DNA from: Hyphochytrium catenoides
Taxonomy: Eukaryota; Protista; Hyphochytriomycota
Assembly: GCA_900088475.1 (NCBI GenBank)
Contig: FLMG01003876.1
Location: 8,526-72,525, forward strand
Reading direction: 5' to 3'
Length of the DNA: 64,000 nt
Shown piece by piece: positions 61,565 through 64,000 of this stretch. The notes under the pieces are model-generated. The model was not told the origin of the DNA. It searched no databases and saw only the letters and a program-made list of their open reading frames with translations. The translations under genes were made by a program, and so were the position numbers. The stretch's first letter is position 1; every line of letters begins with the position of its first letter.

Positions 61565-64000
61565 TTAGTACAACCGGATCCGAGTGGTTATGGGCACTCT
61601 GCAGATGGGGCATGCACTGACTTGAGGAGCACAGACTTCGCAGAGCTGATGTCCACAGCTGAATTAATAGCGACAGTTAGAGCTAGCTTCAGTCGAACAT
61701 GACACACCAAAAAGGAGAACTTACTTGAAGGCAGTGTTCTTGGCTCTTTCCAGGCATACTACACATAACGGAAGACAAGATAAAAGTCAAGACACACGTC
61801 AGTAACCCTACAGCTTGAGGTTAAGGTACCGGTACAAAACTTCTCTTCTGAAGATCCAGTGCTGACCGGGGGACCAGGGGCGCGGACTTGAGGAGAGACT
61901 CCTCCCTTCTGGAACAGTTGTTCATGTGGCAGAGTCTACTTAGTCATTTGCAGCTAGGTATAAGCTATATGAGTCTTCCTGTCCATACCATCCCCTGCCC
62001 CATGGGAGCTGCCGCCACGGTTGCTCCTAATTGTCCTCCGCCGGACGCCGGGTTGCCACATGCAACGCAATGAGTAGTGCCATAGTTGAAGCACGTGCAC
62101 ATTGAGCACTGCCACTAGAACAGTCGAAAGCGTCATTACTCACACCTACATAGCTAACGCTGACTGCGGCGCGTATATCCTACCTGAGGGCCCTGAGCCG
62201 CCACCGGAGTGGGGAACGCTACGGCGCTCCCTATTGACCTCATACTCTGTGATGAGCGCAACTGGGGCGGGGGCGGGGGCTTTACCGTGATGTTGGGAAC
62301 ATAAACGCCTGGAAGCAGCAAGACAGGAACAGTGTCAGCAGGAGAGACGGAGGAGATGAGAGGCGAGGCGATGAGAGACAGGATATGGAAAGGCACTGTA
62401 CAACAAAGAAGTACTCCGTATTCAACTTCTTACTGCTCATCGTTGCCCTTAGTCTTAGTCTCTGAATCTCCTTGTACTGGTCAGGAACCTCCATCAATGC
62501 CCTAAGAGCGAAAGCTGGAAGAGGATTTTGTGGGAAGCTTGTCACTACTCTATGGAACTCTACAAACTGGAAGTTGTCGAAGTTCCGCTGAGGAAGGTTG
62601 TCGTCAAAGTGACGCATCATGTCCCAGGGACCATCACCCACGCCCACCAGTACTATGCTTAGGGGGAAATTGCTAGAACAAAGTGCGTATAACAGTGGTA
62701 TGCACAAAAGTAAAGCAGAGTGTTAGTGACTTGGTTTCGAGAATTGGAAGGCTAACATTGCACACAGAGGACAAAATCGTTCATGAGAATAAATGATATC
62801 ATATACATGTAAGAGGGGACATGCAGAAAGTCAACCTGCCACCAGGCCTCTCTTACCTCGCCCTCACGATTGCATCAATTGTGTCCTGCTCTTGAGGCGA
62901 ATTTTCGCCATACCGGAGATCAGAAGATCGGGTGACCTGCCCGTCTGCTACAATGACCAATATATGGTACTGCATGGTCCTTCTCACAATATCTATGGCC
63001 TTGTTGATTATCGGGCCAAACGACGTAGGGCCAGCAAGGTTGACGTTGGGGACAATCTCTCTATAGCTAGAAGAACAGTGTCAACAAGTCAAAATGAAGG
63101 GGCAGGGGCAAGAGAATGGCGACGAGAAGAGATGAACGGAGACAGATATCTTTCAGAAAGAAAAGCATAAGAAAATGTGTGCGGAAGGAGTGAGGCAATG
63201 AGTGTAGGTAGAGAGGGCCTTGCGGGGGGTGGGGCCCTTAGAGAGCTGTGCAGACCCCTACCATCCAAGCACGTTCTGGAAGGTTTGACAAGGCTCCTCT
63301 CGTGGAAGAAAGCTGAATACTCCCATATCTCCAGTGGTGGCATCTCCGAAGCCATACGAGGGGATTAGCCTGTCATCGTCTTGAATCGGTACGAAAGAAA
63401 GCGCGACACAAGGGAGTATCGGTCAAACAGTTACTCCTATATCAGAGTGGAGACAATATATATATGATACAAGGCCCGCATGACATGCAGAGAGAGTGAG
63501 ACTCGGTCTTCACTTATGGCAGATTGAAGGAAACTGCCAAAAAGGGAGCCTGTGACTCGTACCAAAAGGCTCCAGAGTTTGGCCAATGGCAGCAATGGCC
63601 TGCTCGTAAGGGTTCATGCTTCCAGGTTGTAAGTCATGAAGGCACCGACCCCCAAATGTTTGCTTGCCCGTCCATTTGTTTGAACTCGTGACTACATGGA
63701 GGGAGCCCATCAACGAGCGAAGAGGCAGCAAAGAGTGGCGTTCTCTGGTCAACGACAGGGCAAATCGATATACACATCAGGTTACGGGAGAACCTACAAT
63801 CAACTCCAAGTATCAGGTTGCTACTCTCCATGCCAGCGCGCTGGAGCTCTGCATGAATGTGGCATTAGAGACCGTTTCGGCATACAATCAACGAAAGGAC
63901 TAGAAAACTAACGCAGATGAATCTGGGCGTGGAGGGTATGCGGCATATTTGGAGGCGCATGGGCGCTTCTCTTACCTGCTGTTACTTGTTCGATACTATG
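61565..64000 (-). CDS. RGLG-type copine (vWA)-RING E3 ubiquitin ligase, 5' end outside window
   Basis: vWA motifs [77 protein letters not shown] and ALMEVPDQY are present. The spliced C-terminal RING reads [23 protein letters not shown]...[15 protein letters not shown]. Confidence 0.9.

Overview
This is eukaryotic nuclear DNA, not prokaryotic. It is gene-dense, roughly 50% GC by eye, has many short GT-AG spliceosomal introns, and uses the standard code (TAA, TAG and TGA all end genes). It is probably a protist or alga; a stramenopile is a low-confidence guess. Sixteen intact-looking protein genes can be followed, in order: a degenerate GH43-like protein, an LRR protein, an ARM/ankyrin protein, MSH2, a NEF1-like polytopic membrane protein, KDO8P synthase (kdsA), a DUF4460/TCAIM-like protein, a class C GPCR, a coiled-coil/ankyrin protein, a class V aminotransferase, an arrestin-fold protein, an unknown protein, a MORN-repeat protein, GCDH, WDR46/UTP7 and an RGLG-type copine-RING ligase. 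There is also a frameshifted ankyrin pseudogene, a 150-bp tandem repeat and two N gaps. No rRNA, tRNA, CRISPR array or intact transposon was recognised. The best candidates for novelty are: (1) an intronless GABA-B-like 7TM receptor with two tandem bacterial-type periplasmic-binding domains, in an island flanked by a purine/pyrimidine strand switch and a pseudogene; (2) an intron-containing kdsA with a full metal-ligand set and substitutions in both substrate-selecting motifs; (3) a 150-bp repeat whose unit reads as a 147-nt intron plus a 3-nt microexon. All family assignments come from recognising motifs by eye, no searches were run, and the exon boundaries are manual.
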